A stretch of DNA of 52,098 bases, counting the filler, from Stramenopiles sp. TOSAG23-6 (Eukaryota), in the NCBI GenBank assembly GCA_900128565.1. It is 2 parts of 2 records of this genome, joined end to end, with 100 filler letters (N's around TTAATTAATTAA, not from the genome) between each part and the next. Parts side by side here need not be neighbours in the genome. Positions count along the whole stretch, not along the records: positions 1 to 26,014 come from LT635988.1; 1 more part is not named here. One strand, 5' to 3'. Of the stretch, positions 10,208 to 21,288 are shown piece by piece; position 1 is the stretch's first letter; each line of letters starts with the position of its first letter. A program made the position numbers and the translations under genes. The notes beneath the pieces were generated by a model. That model was not told the origin of the DNA, did no database searches, and saw only the letters and a program-made list of their open reading frames with translations.

Positions 10208-11800
10208 TTATATAAAATGTGTCCCAGTGAGTTCCGATGGAATTTCTTTCTGTGCACGGTTTTGCTTTATATTTTTTTTACCAGTCTTTTTTTTACGTGT
10301 CCTTTTCTTAGTTTCTCCATTTTCATCAAAACTATATTTCTTCTGTTTATTATGTTGTTTATACAAAGAGTCTTTTCGACCAATTAAAATCTCGTCACGG
10401 ACATCGTGTAAGACATCAGTAGGAACAACGCTATGCCACATGGCATTATATAGGTTTCGAAAGCGAACGCTAGTATCCTGATGTTGAATTTCATCTGGTA
10501 CATATTCCTTATAACTAAAACAGAAATGATGACCAACAGCGGCGAAAGCCATTTCAACACATATTAGAAAATCAGCGAGACCACGACCTACCTCATTTGT
10601 ACTCCAATTAAAGCTTTGTGTTGAATGCACCACCCCAACTTCCATTAATAATCTAATAATACAAGACTGCCAGAATGAAAAAAATACAACCAACTTTACA
10701 CATAAAAACTTATAAAAAGGTTCTATCGGTTGTAATTCCTCTTTGCAGCAGCGATAGAACATAACCAAACTATACATTGCCCACATCTGACTAAAACCAA
10801 CTGCGAATGTAACGTAGGTATACGCTTTCGACCATACAAATAATCCTTGAAGTTCGCCATATTCAGAATCCCACACGCATGGAATTTTAGGATCCGAAGT
10901 AGTAAAAGGCACACAAATGGGAATATTTTCTTTGAGAAGCTTAGCAAGCATGGGCGAATCGACACGAATATCGCTATCACATCTACCTTCAATACCATAT
11001 CCACATACGTATTTGCCACGAGATTCTAAAATAAATACAACAATGGCAAAAAAAAGTCGTACAGCAACGTATTGAAGACATCCCTGTTTCACCTTGTAAA
11101 TAAAATGCGAACCAAGACGCCATGGTGCAAATGGGAGTCGTGGGCCCCTAGTTATAAATAATCTTGCATGTGTTACCAAACGTGGATCTTTGCGTTTCAG
11201 AAGTATTCTTAGTTTACCCTCTGAGTTTTCAGATGTTAACGTTGACGAAACAGATTTGCTAGCAACCTGTTCACAGTATGATAAAACAAAATACGTAAAA
11301 GAATAAATCGTAAATGCTTCGTAAAAATCCTTAATCGTATCAATTGATAGTGCATTATGTCTTAAATAAAGCGCGCAATACGAACTAATGGCATACACTG
11401 GAACCATAATAATTATTCTAACAACATAACGTTGTAAATGGGGCTGATAATAATGAGTCAAGTGCATAAATATTTCATACGAACTTATAATAACCGCCAT
11501 GAGAACTGTAACCAGCGCAGATATATACGCAACAGATTCAACTGACACACCATCAATCAGTGCACGAATACTAAAATACACTGTGATGGAAAATGTTACA
11601 ACTACAGTAAATACCAAAAGGCAAGCAGTACACGAGATTGCAGTTAAAGACGCGATAGTTTTACGCACTCGTCCGACTTCGGGAGATGCGTGTAGTGATG
11701 AAGTTGCCAAGAGAGTAGCTGATGGTATTTCTTCATCGTCATTGGCGTGCACCATTTCAGATACAGGTAAAATGTCGTCAACACATCGAGGGGAATGCAT
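10208..11800 (-). CDS. TMEM184/OST-alpha (Solute_trans_a) family membrane protein
   Basis: HLTHYYQPHLQRYVVRIIIMVPVYA, YEAFTIYSF, KFLCVKLVVFFSFWQ, LICVEM..AAVGHHFCFSY. Confidence 0.9.
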   Translation of the reverse strand: MHSPRCVDDILPVSEMVHANDDEEIPSATLLATSSLHASPEVGRVRKTIASLTAISCTACLLVFTVVVTFSITVYFSIRALIDGVSVESVAYISALVTVLMAVIISSYEIFMHLTHYYQPHLQRYVVRIIIMVPVYAISSYCALYLRHNALSIDTIKDFYEAFTIYSFTYFVLSYCEQVASKSVSSTLTSENSEGKLRILLKRKDPRLVTHARLFITRGPRLPFAPWRLGSHFIYKVKQGCLQYVAVRLFFAIVVFILESRGKYVCGYGIEGRCDSDIRVDSPMLAKLLKENIPICVPFTTSDPKIPCVWDSEYGELQGLFVWSKAYTYVTFAVGFSQMWAMYSLVMFYRCCKEELQPIEPFYKFLCVKLVVFFSFWQSCIIRLLMEVGVVHSTQSFNWSTNEVGRGLADFLICVEMAFAAVGHHFCFSYKEYVPDEIQHQDTSVRFRNLYNAMWHSVVPTDVLHDVRDEILIGRKDSLYKQHNKQKKYSFDENGETKKRTRKKKTGKKNIKQNRAQKEIPSELTGTHFI

Positions 11801-11907
11801 CAAAATCCTACTGTTGGCTAGAACCGACTACCCTACTAGCGCTAGTAGTACCTACACTGGATATTCGCAGAATGCAAAAAAAAATCTGAATTCAGTATCT
11901 TTTGCGT

Positions 11908-11921
11908 TAACCCTAACCCTA
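11908..11921 (+). promoter_or_regulatory. Telo-box-like TAACCCTAACCCTA upstream of the TMEM184-like gene
   Basis: Two telomere-type units; a similar motif lies at 46402-46414. Confidence 0.4.
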
Positions 11922-12016
11922 CAGTAAGTTTTAACCCCTCCCACGGTCAAGCTTTTGAATCTCTATATATCAATATTCTTTCTTTGGATCTAATTCGTTA
12001 GATATCATCGAGAGTA

Positions 12017-13042
12017 CTACTGCAATGTCAAAACACCATTACTTATTTGCTTCGTATTAGTAATTAATAGTAAAGCAATTGACGTTGAAATTACGATGCA
12101 GACCCAGTAATTTCGAAGTGATTCACATGTATATCCTCCACAATACCGATTCGTATCATAAGTGTTTCCCACATAAACAATCACTACCAAATATGTCGAT
12201 ATGAGTAATTTTAGTATATATGGATCGATGCTTTTCGAACAAAACATACCTAGACTAAGTAAAAAAACAATCACAAAACTCATATATATCACTGTAAAGG
12301 CTATAGCTATGTCAAAAAGAAATACGGGATATGCAAATTGTTGATGATGGTTGTCATATTCTATCTTGGGTGAGGATCTATTTCTTCGAGCTTTCAACTT
12401 AAGTAATTTATTTGCGATCATTTTGACGTTTTGACTTGCCACGAATGCCGCATCTCTAGCAACAGCTACTTTCAGTGCAGCAGCTTGTCTCTCTACCGAA
12501 GCGTTTTTTAGTAAGCGGTCCATTTCTAAAGTTTGATTATTTAGTGCCGCTACTTGAGCAATAAAAAAATCAGCCTTAGATCTATTATATTTACTATTCA
12601 TATCTTCAGAAATATGTCCTTTGTTTTGGCATTTACTTCCGGTACAATCTGTAAATAAATTGATATTTTTCTCCACTATAGAAGTTTCTGATGAAAAATC
12701 ACGAGACGTGTCTTTCGTGTAATCATAGTTTTGAGACCCCTCAACTAGACCTGAGCGTTCTCTAAGGGTGTATTCCTTCGGTGATTTCTTCTCGCTCATA
12801 AATATCTCAGCACGTAAAGAGGATATTTTTTTCGCAATTATAGCAATACATTCTTTTTCGTGAACACCAAGTTCTTCACACACTTGTATGGAACCTTTTA
12901 AAGTAGACACATCAGCCTCAATTGTTACACTCTCAACTTTATGATCAACGTCAACTTCAAATGAAACTTCATAATCTGAATTAACTCGCAAAAAGGTGTA
13001 TTGGTACACTATCAATGTGATCAATGTTATCCTCATGTTCAT
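12017..13042 (-). CDS. Hypothetical membrane protein (signal peptide, coiled coil, about 3 C-terminal TM helices)
   Basis: 341-aa ORF with a hydrophobic N-terminus and hydrophobic C-terminal segments. Confidence 0.65.
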   Translation of the reverse strand: MNMRITLITLIVYQYTFLRVNSDYEVSFEVDVDHKVESVTIEADVSTLKGSIQVCEELGVHEKECIAIIAKKISSLRAEIFMSEKKSPKEYTLRERSGLVEGSQNYDYTKDTSRDFSSETSIVEKNINLFTDCTGSKCQNKGHISEDMNSKYNRSKADFFIAQVAALNNQTLEMDRLLKNASVERQAAALKVAVARDAAFVASQNVKMIANKLLKLKARRNRSSPKIEYDNHHQQFAYPVFLFDIAIAFTVIYMSFVIVFLLSLGMFCSKSIDPYILKLLISTYLVVIVYVGNTYDTNRYCGGYTCESLRNYWVCIVISTSIALLLITNTKQISNGVLTLQ

Positions 13043-13313
13043 TCTATACGCGTATGATCAGACCATCTTGAAAGATACTCTTCATTCATAATAATAGCCA
13101 TATTACGGTACCGTATAGGTTGCCACATACCCAACGAACGACGTTACAGTCAAAGAAATCACGAAATATATAGAAAAAGGTCAAAGGAGTCAGTGCAAAA
13201 GTTTGCTATGGGCTGATTGTGTCGAGCCCTTAACCTATTGCATGCGCTTAGTTCATTCTACAAGAAGGAGTAATTTTACACCAGTGTTAAACCTACTCTA
13301 TTTCTTGGTTACA

Positions 13314-16079
13314 ATGACGGAAATGTTGAAATTGGATCTTCTCACAGAAAATATGGAAGATGGCATATGTAATAAAAAGAATCAGCGACCTAACGCGAAG
13401 TCCTTCAAGATGCGTTCACAGTGCCGCGGTATGGGTGCGAAGTTAACTTGTTTTTACAAAGTACTTCAATTCAGTCAATCTAAATTTTACTACTACTCGT
13501 CTTACTTAATTCTTTCGTTATGCCTAGCGAGTACTTCTACGTCATTCATTATGCAGCAAACTTCAATAAATAACGGGGTTTTACCCTCTGCTAAACTTCG
13601 TCTCATAGTTGTGTTTGCACTGACTGCAATTTCCGGTTGCGTACCTGTATTTTTAGTCGCAACTGGCCTTAACGTCTTACGAGAAATGAGGTTATCACAG
13701 AGTATAATGATGGATCTTGGAATGTGGTTCTTCGACACATTATGCCTTGCAGTCTTGTGCGTGGATGACCTCGCTTTTGTATCTCCGTACACAAAGCAAT
13801 ACCTTGCAGGTGCGACGTTGCTCACAGCATTAAGATTGAACACTCACAACGTTACAATGAGTGGCTTAAGTCGTGTTTATGATGTTGTAGGTGAAAATAT
13901 GCAAGATGGTTATCGTATTGATGCTCAAGATGTTNGGAACACTATTCGTAAAGCATCAATCTCTCCGTCAGCAAAAGCTGTAATGGAACGAAGTCTTGAA
14001 AATACACAAATGGACCGAAACGGTACAATTAGTGCAAGACAGTACATGGCTTTGTTCAATCTCTTCCGCAGTACTTTGCGATGGCGGCATGCGACGGAAC
14101 GTAACCGTAAATCTGTGGATATGGCGCTTGCCCGTATAGTTCAGGAGAACCCTACTATATCTATTGGAAACAACAACCCTAAAGGTCTGAAAAGATGCTT
14201 AACGGCGACTCAGAAAAATGAAGAAGATGCTCGTGAAAATTTACTCGCCGAACTTTTTGACCTTATGCGAGAAGGTAAAGGGAGTCGCGAGGAAGAATTT
14301 TCAATGTGGGTAACATTTATGAAATCGATGGGGCTTCTCATGCGAGACCAAAAAATGACAGCATCCCTTTCTATTACCTGTATGGTCTTATTTGCGTGTT
14401 GTATGCCTCTTCAGGCGTATCTTGCCGGTGAAATGGTACGAATGTGCAACGCTAGAAGAGTAGCAACCCCTGATGAACATGATAAAGACCAAGGTAAGTT
14501 TTTCACATATTTTGGTGTCATCATTGGTCTCTACTTTTTTAGTGACGTAATGTCATATACGTATCTTTACCTCTGGGGTAAAATGGGGGGAAACTCTGTC
14601 AGACGTATTCAAATGGAAATGATCCAAAAGGTCTGTATTGGTGATACTACATTTGGTGATAAATTTCGGCCTGGTAAACTAGGTAGCCGTTTCTCTTCAT
14701 CTCTTGCGGGTATATTTACTTTGTGGACAAATGGGGCGCAGTTTATTGCACTACCACCAATTCTTTTAATGGTGGCATTTGGTTTTATGGGCACTGTGAG
14801 TACAGCATACGTAATTTTTTCATTCGGCGCGATACCGTTCATTCTCTCTTTGGAATTTCTTTCAAAACGATCCTTATCCAGTTCGCGAAAGAACGTCACA
14901 GCTATGGGTATAATTTTCGGGGCGTTCCAGAATACAGTCGATATGCGCGATGCACTTCGAACTTGTGATGGATCAACGGAGTACCTTCTTGAAAACCTTG
15001 CTCATCCGGCCGATCAAGCTGGCAAGTCATGGGCACACTCTTTTCATTGGACATTATATTTACAAAACACATTTAATTCTGTTGCGTGGGGTTTTCAGTG
15101 TATTTCAACCTGTACCTTTCTTTTAGCGCTATGGAATGAAGTAATTCAGCTTGATGAATTTGTCGCTATTCAAGGTTACGTTGCTGCTGCGACCGTCCCG
15201 ATGTTTCAGGTTGGTATTGGTGCTCGATTTATTACATCTGCTGCTGGTGACGTTATCGCTATTCTTGAAATTCTTAACTGCCCAGATGTAGAAGACCGAA
15301 AAAAAGGTGCAAAGATGAAAGTCATTGAAGGAAAAGGTTTTGCTGTTTCCATTGAGAATGTTTCATTCCGATATACCCCTGAAGGACCCCTGGTGTTGAA
15401 GGGTATCACTGCCAATATAGAAGCTGGCAGTTATGTTGTGCTTTGTGGGGGTAGTGGTAGTGGGAAGTCAACTCTTCTTAGTATCCTAATGCGATTTCGT
15501 GATGCTGCTGGTGGTCGTGTCTGTATCAATGGACAAGATATTAGTAAAACATCACTCGAATCATTCCGTCAATCAAGTTCGGTGGTTTTCCAAACTACAC
15601 TCATTTTAGATGGATCTATAGCTGAAAATATTGCTTTTGGTCTCGAAGGTGACGATATTCGTGAGCGCGTGGAACAAGCAGCTCGTGATGCAGAAATTTA
15701 CGACACTATTGTAGCCACGCCGGACGGTTTCGAAACTCAAATTGGTAAGCGCTCCACGGTAAATTTGAGTGGTGGTCAATTGCAGCGTATTTGCATTGCT
15801 CGTGCTCTTGCTAGAAAGCCAAAACTGCTGTTATTGGATGAAGCTACAAGTGCACTTGATCCAATCACAGAAACTTCCATTATCCAAACATTAGAGCGTC
15901 TTCGTGAAGCTAGTAAGGGACAGCTTACAATTATTAGTGTGTCACATCATCCACTTACGGCACTGAACGCAGATAATATTTTTGTCATGGAAGATGGCCA
16001 AATCGCTGAAACAGGTACTTTTGAATCTCTGGTTGCAGCTGGTGGGCGTTTTGCGGATTTGGTGGATTCAACAAAGTAG
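13314..16079 (+). CDS. ABC half-transporter (ABCB-like TMD + NBD) with an N-terminal membrane extension; start codon uncertain
   Basis: Walker A GGSGSGKST, signature LSGGQLQR, Walker B LLLDEATSALD. Confidence 0.9.
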   Translation: MTEMLKLDLLTENMEDGICNKKNQRPNAKSFKMRSQCRGMGAKLTCFYKVLQFSQSKFYYYSSYLILSLCLASTSTSFIMQQTSINNGVLPSAKLRLIVVFALTAISGCVPVFLVATGLNVLREMRLSQSIMMDLGMWFFDTLCLAVLCVDDLAFVSPYTKQYLAGATLLTALRLNTHNVTMSGLSRVYDVVGENMQDGYRIDAQDVXNTIRKASISPSAKAVMERSLENTQMDRNGTISARQYMALFNLFRSTLRWRHATERNRKSVDMALARIVQENPTISIGNNNPKGLKRCLTATQKNEEDARENLLAELFDLMREGKGSREEEFSMWVTFMKSMGLLMRDQKMTASLSITCMVLFACCMPLQAYLAGEMVRMCNARRVATPDEHDKDQGKFFTYFGVIIGLYFFSDVMSYTYLYLWGKMGGNSVRRIQMEMIQKVCIGDTTFGDKFRPGKLGSRFSSSLAGIFTLWTNGAQFIALPPILLMVAFGFMGTVSTAYVIFSFGAIPFILSLEFLSKRSLSSSRKNVTAMGIIFGAFQNTVDMRDALRTCDGSTEYLLENLAHPADQAGKSWAHSFHWTLYLQNTFNSVAWGFQCISTCTFLLALWNEVIQLDEFVAIQGYVAAATVPMFQVGIGARFITSAAGDVIAILEILNCPDVEDRKKGAKMKVIEGKGFAVSIENVSFRYTPEGPLVLKGITANIEAGSYVVLCGGSGSGKSTLLSILMRFRDAAGGRVCINGQDISKTSLESFRQSSSVVFQTTLILDGSIAENIAFGLEGDDIRERVEQAARDAEIYDTIVATPDGFETQIGKRSTVNLSGGQLQRICIARALARKPKLLLLDEATSALDPITETSIIQTLERLREASKGQLTIISVSHHPLTALNADNIFVMEDGQIAETGTFESLVAAGGRFADLVDSTK

Positions 16080-16673
16080 AGTCATAGATAGCAAACATGT
16101 AATAGTGGTCAATACAAAGATTCTTTTCATAGCATAATGAAGGGAATTTTTATTTAAAGATTTTTATTTGAAAATACTCTGTAAAAATAAAACTGTCATT
16201 ATCTGTTCGTTCCTGTAATAACTATTCTTTTAGTAATACTTTTCTTGTTTTAGAATTTAATGTGGGTTTTATTCTATAGAAAATATCAGGTTACAAATAA
16301 TGTTCATTTAGTTTGACTTTATATGAACTGGTTTATGTGTTTATATGCAATGTGACTGCCTACGGTGTAATCCGCATTAGAGATGTGATAGAATTGTTCA
16401 ACAGCTAGTGCTAGCTATAGCAAAGGCCAATAATTTTTAGTTGTCGAAAATTTGAAATTCCAACAAAAAATTAAAATTCTTTCAAAAACACGAAATCATG
16501 AAAACTCAAAAAATTAAAAACGCCGTTACGGACTGTTACTTTTAGAATCTAGATATACAGTACAAAACTCATACTCATATAGATACAGTACAAAACTCAT
16601 ACTCATACCTGGAGTGTTTGCACTAAGAATCTGCCATTTTTAGTTCAAACAAGGACTTATCTTCTTATTAAGT

Positions 16674-19457
16674 ATGCATAATGGCACTCATGCAACCGAT
16701 TCAGTTGCTCGCGACGTAGTGAAAATTGCTATCTTAGGTGAGCTCGAGGAGAAAAGCAAAGACAAAGTAAAAAAAAAGTCTTTTTCAAAGTTTATGAGGA
16801 AGCGTGGCCTGGGTAGGAAATTGTCATCCTTCTACATGGTGCTTCGATTCAGCCAGACTAAGTTCTATCTAATTGGTTCATATGTAGTTCTTTTTCTCTA
16901 TTTATTAAATGTTTCAGCATCCTTTGTTGTACAACAAGCAACAGATACCTCATTCAATTCCAGAGATTGGCGTCTGATTCTCTGTTGTGTAATATCGGGT
17001 TTGTCAGGGTGGGTGCCGTTGATATTAGTAGGAACAGGTCTGCCAGTACTACAAGAGATGAAACTTTCCCGAACTCTAATATTTGATTGTTTGATATGGT
17101 TTTTGAATTTCGGATTTCTGGTGGGTTTAGCCATACCAGGAGATTTACTTGAAACTTCTTACATAAAGACATTCCTCGGCGCAGCAGCCTTGCTCACAGC
17201 ATTGAGATTAAACACCCATAATGCAACCATGAGTGGTTTACATCGCGTGTTTATTACAGTTGGTGATTTTGAAAATCCTTATACGGTGGACGCTCAAGTT
17301 GTATGGCAAGTTCTCCGCAAGGCACTCATTTCACCATCTGCAAAGGCATCCATGGAACAAAGTCTCGAACGGACAAAAATGGACATTAATGGTAAAATTA
17401 GTCCTCGTCAATACTCCGCGTTACTGGCCATTTTTCGTGATACTTTAAATTGGAATGAGAAGGTTGAAAAAAGACGAAGAAGTTACGACAAGGCATTAAA
17501 AATGGCGTATGCAGATGACCCATCTATGAGTATTGGCCCGAACATAAGTGAAAATCTTCAACTGCAAGGCGCTGTGTCTGTAAGAACTGAAAAGAATGAT
17601 CGTGAAGCCTTATTGGCTGATTTAGCGTATCTCGTTCACTCTCAAGAAGGAGGTAAAACCAAAAATGGCGTATCGCTGGTTGCTACATTCAGTAAGGCTA
17701 TGTATCTTCTTGTTCGCGGCGAAAAGATGAAAGCTTTTCTTTCCGTGTTATGCATGTTTCTATTCGCTTGCTGTACTCCAACCCAGGCTTACCTCGCTGG
17801 TGAAATGGCAGCAATGTGCAACACCAGGCGAGTAGCAACCATTGATAAGAAAGATGAAGACAAAGATACGTTTTACACATATTTTGGTGTCATCATTGGT
17901 CTCTACTTTTTTAGTGACCTAATGTCATATACGTATCTTTACCTCTGGGGTAAAATGGGAGGAAACTCTGTCAGACGTATTCAAATGGAAATGATCCAAA
18001 AGGTCTGTATTGGTGATACTACATTTGGTGATAAATTTCGGCCTGGTAAACTAGGTAGCCGTTTCTCTTCATCTCTTGCGGGTATATTTACTTTGTGGAC
18101 AAATGGGGCACAGTTTATTGCACTACCACCAATTCTTTTAATGGTGGCATTTGGTTTTATGTCTACTGTGAGTGTTCCATACCTAATATTCTCATTTGGT
18201 GCTATTCCATTCGTATTTTCACTTGATTTTCTCACAATGCGATCTCTTTCAAGCTCTAGGAAAAATGTAGCAGCAAGTGGTGCAATTTTTGGAGCGTTTC
18301 AGAATGCAGTTGATATGCGTGATGCACTTCGAACATGTGATGGATCAACCGAGTATCTTCTTGAAAACCTTTCTCCCATCGCTGATGAATCGGGTACTGC
18401 GTGGAAAGAGTCATTCCACTGGACATTGTATTTACAAAACACATTTAATTCAGTTGCATGGGGTTATCAGTGCTTGTCAACTTGTACGTTTATTGTTGCA
18501 CTTTGGAATGAGGTGATTTCCCTGAATCAATTTGTTGCCATTCAAGGCTATGTTGCTGCTGCGACTGTCCCGATGTTTCAAGTTGGTATCGGTGCTCGAT
18601 TTATTACATCCGCAGCTGGCGATGTAACTGCTATTGTTGAAATTCTCAACTGCCCAGACATTGAAGAAAGACAAAAAGGGGAGGATTTAAAAATAGATAA
18701 TAACCAAGGATGCTGTGTTACGTTAGAGAATATTTCTTTCCGCTATACCCCAGAAGGACCTCTCATTCTGAAGGGAATTACTCAAACTATTGCTGCCGGA
18801 AGTTATGTTGTGCTTTGTGGGGGTAGTGGTAGTGGAAAGTCAACTCTTCTTAGTATCCTAATGCGATTTCGTGATGCTGCTGGTGGTCGTGTCTGTATTA
18901 ATGGGCAAGATATCAGTAAAACATCACTTGAATCATTCCGCCAATCAAGCGCTGTGGTTTTCCAAACTACACTAATTTTAGATGGTTCTATAGCTGAAAA
19001 TATTGCTTTTGGTCTTGAAGGTGACAATATTCGTGAGCGTGTGGAACAAGCAGCTCGTGATGCAGAAATTTACGACACTATTGTAGCCACACCGGATGGT
19101 TTCGAAACTCAAATTGGTAAGCGATCCACAGTAAATTTGAGTGGTGGTCAATTGCAGCGTATTTGCATTGCTCGTGCTCTTGCTAGAAAGCCAAAACTGC
19201 TGTTATTGGATGAAGCTACAAGTGCACTTGATCCAATCACAGAAACTTCCATTATCCAAACATTAGAGCGTCTTCGTGAAGCTAGTAAGGGACAGCTTAC
19301 AATTATTAGTGTGTCACATCATCCACTTACGGCACTGAACGCAGATAATATTATAGTTCTCAGTAATGGTGCTGTGGCTGAAACTGGTACTTTTAAATCT
19401 CTGGTTGACGCTAAAGGACATTTTGCTAAATTAGTTGATTCTGGAGAGCCGGGATGA
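16674..19457 (+). CDS. ABC half-transporter, tandem paralog of the preceding gene
   Basis: Same motifs; long near-identical stretches shared with 13314-16079. Confidence 0.92.
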   Translation: MHNGTHATDSVARDVVKIAILGELEEKSKDKVKKKSFSKFMRKRGLGRKLSSFYMVLRFSQTKFYLIGSYVVLFLYLLNVSASFVVQQATDTSFNSRDWRLILCCVISGLSGWVPLILVGTGLPVLQEMKLSRTLIFDCLIWFLNFGFLVGLAIPGDLLETSYIKTFLGAAALLTALRLNTHNATMSGLHRVFITVGDFENPYTVDAQVVWQVLRKALISPSAKASMEQSLERTKMDINGKISPRQYSALLAIFRDTLNWNEKVEKRRRSYDKALKMAYADDPSMSIGPNISENLQLQGAVSVRTEKNDREALLADLAYLVHSQEGGKTKNGVSLVATFSKAMYLLVRGEKMKAFLSVLCMFLFACCTPTQAYLAGEMAAMCNTRRVATIDKKDEDKDTFYTYFGVIIGLYFFSDLMSYTYLYLWGKMGGNSVRRIQMEMIQKVCIGDTTFGDKFRPGKLGSRFSSSLAGIFTLWTNGAQFIALPPILLMVAFGFMSTVSVPYLIFSFGAIPFVFSLDFLTMRSLSSSRKNVAASGAIFGAFQNAVDMRDALRTCDGSTEYLLENLSPIADESGTAWKESFHWTLYLQNTFNSVAWGYQCLSTCTFIVALWNEVISLNQFVAIQGYVAAATVPMFQVGIGARFITSAAGDVTAIVEILNCPDIEERQKGEDLKIDNNQGCCVTLENISFRYTPEGPLILKGITQTIAAGSYVVLCGGSGSGKSTLLSILMRFRDAAGGRVCINGQDISKTSLESFRQSSAVVFQTTLILDGSIAENIAFGLEGDNIRERVEQAARDAEIYDTIVATPDGFETQIGKRSTVNLSGGQLQRICIARALARKPKLLLLDEATSALDPITETSIIQTLERLREASKGQLTIISVSHHPLTALNADNIIVLSNGAVAETGTFKSLVDAKGHFAKLVDSGEPG

Positions 19458-19877
19458 AAGTAATAGGAGAAAAAGTAAAATTATTTTAAAGATACACTTA
19501 CACTCAATCGGCAAAGATTTCATTCTGAGCGAACAAACTTGAAAATACTAGAACATAAAATTGTAGTTTCAGAAATCATCTGTGCATCAAGATTATATCT
19601 TCATAACGATCTCAAATGTAGTGGTTAGTTTTGACTGTAAAAATACAAAAAAATAAAAGAAAAAATAATATTATTTTTCCAATTAATTTTAAAAACATAC
19701 AGAATTTCCTTATTATTGTTTATTTGATATTTCGTGTTTACGGGGATTGCTCGCTCCTACTGGTACAGTAATAGATTGATAGTGGTAGACTTCTTCGACT
19801 CTGTTTTAGAATATAAAAAATGTTTGTTTTTTCAAGATGATTCAGCATTTCTGTAAGTCATTCCTTGAAATCGTTTG

Positions 19878-20993
19878 ATGAATGTGTTTATTAAAGATCT
19901 TGATCCAGGTAAAGCTTCTTCTGAGCCCAACAGTGTGTCATCCAAGTGTGTGGCACTATCTATAGATCTGATGATCACTTTGAATCACCAAATAGAACTT
20001 TTTCGTCAAATAGAGTATAATTCAGGATTCCCTTCCCTCAAGAAGTATAATTCACTACGTTTTTCAAAGCCTCTGTTACCAGAAGATCGCAGGATAAGCT
20101 ATGTTTATGAAAAGTCAAATCCTGTAATTATGGTTGAGTTACTCTCTAAAATACGCAACTTTGGTTGCTTACCAAAACTGGCAACTTCAATGGATGGTAT
20201 ATTCTATGATTTAGGATCTGGTGAAGGTCACGTAGTATTTGCGGTAGCTGCATTGTGCAAAGAATTTAATATACTGAAAGGAATAGAACTGAACTGGGGA
20301 CGATGTAGTTTTTCAAAGGCGTTTTCGCAATGTTGTACTTTTTCAAAATTGAGTTTCAAATTTTTTTTTTCATACTAAATTCCGTACCTAACAAAAAAAA
20401 ATCTAAAATGTTTTTTTCACAATACATGGTTATCCCACTTAGACAATATTATTTCACAAAATAAAAAAAATAAAGACATAGGATATACTCCGAAACATCA
20501 AAAACAGAAACAAGAAATAAAAAAAAATGAAAGGGAAATGACTGAAATTGTCAATATACCAGAAAATATTCATTTTTTACAGGAAGATTTTATTGACGGT
20601 AGAATTGACTGGAGCGACGCTTCTTGTGTTTGGGTTTCATCTACTTGTTATGATGATGTGACAATGTCACATATTTGGAACCTTGCGAAACAGCTTTGTC
20701 ACAATTCAGTGGTTGTAACTTATGTACGTTTTCAAAATTAAATTTCGAATTTTTTTTTGTACCAAATTTTGTACCTAACAAATTTTTACTAAAAATAATA
20801 TTTTTCCAAAATATATGATAAACCACTACGACCCATAAAACTCCGACTTGATAATTCTGAAACAACTTTACGAAAAAACCCTAACTTTTGTACATTTTTT
20901 TCAGTTGAAGACATAGGTATTTTTTCTCTTAGTCCTACATGGAGGCCTCGAGTATTCGTAAATGTGCGTAATGAAATTCCTTGGCACCTTTAA
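19878..20993 (+). CDS. DOT1-like class I SAM-dependent methyltransferase; exons 19878-20334, 20428-20723, 20817-20993
   Basis: FYDLGSGEG, GIEL, EDF..DWSDASCVWVSSTCYDD; three open segments separated by two repeat introns. Confidence 0.75.
20335..20427 (+). other. GT-AT intron (93 nt; alternative in-frame donor at 20332)
   Basis: GTACTTTT...CCGTACCTAAC...TTCACAATACAT; contains an in-frame stop. Confidence 0.75.
20724..20816 (+). other. GT-AT intron (93 nt)
   Basis: GTACGTTTT...GTACCTAAC...CCAAAATATAT; removal gives VVVTY-DKPL. Confidence 0.8.
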
Positions 20994-21288
20994 AGATCTT
21001 TTTTATTGTGGAAATTTTGAAAATTCAATGTGAAATGAGATTTTTTTTTTGTGTGTTTTCGTGTTTTCAGTTTGCGAATCGGTTAATTTGAAACCGTCAT
21101 TCAATTAGGGTATTCCAATTCAATTTCTTTTTTTCTCAACGGTGATTATTTACCGTGTTTCAATGTATAAATAAAGAGGAATTGGTTGCTCTTTCTATTT
21201 CTTCAATCCAAATGATTTATATGTGGTGCTATAAGAATATATTTTTAGCTTATTTTTGTAGAACTTTTGCTTTATAGTTATTTGTCTC

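Noticed and set aside
16553-16607. 28-bp tandem duplication upstream of the second ABC gene (similar short duplications near 21884-22000 and 41620-41710)
   Set aside because: Ordinary local slippage with no further structure.
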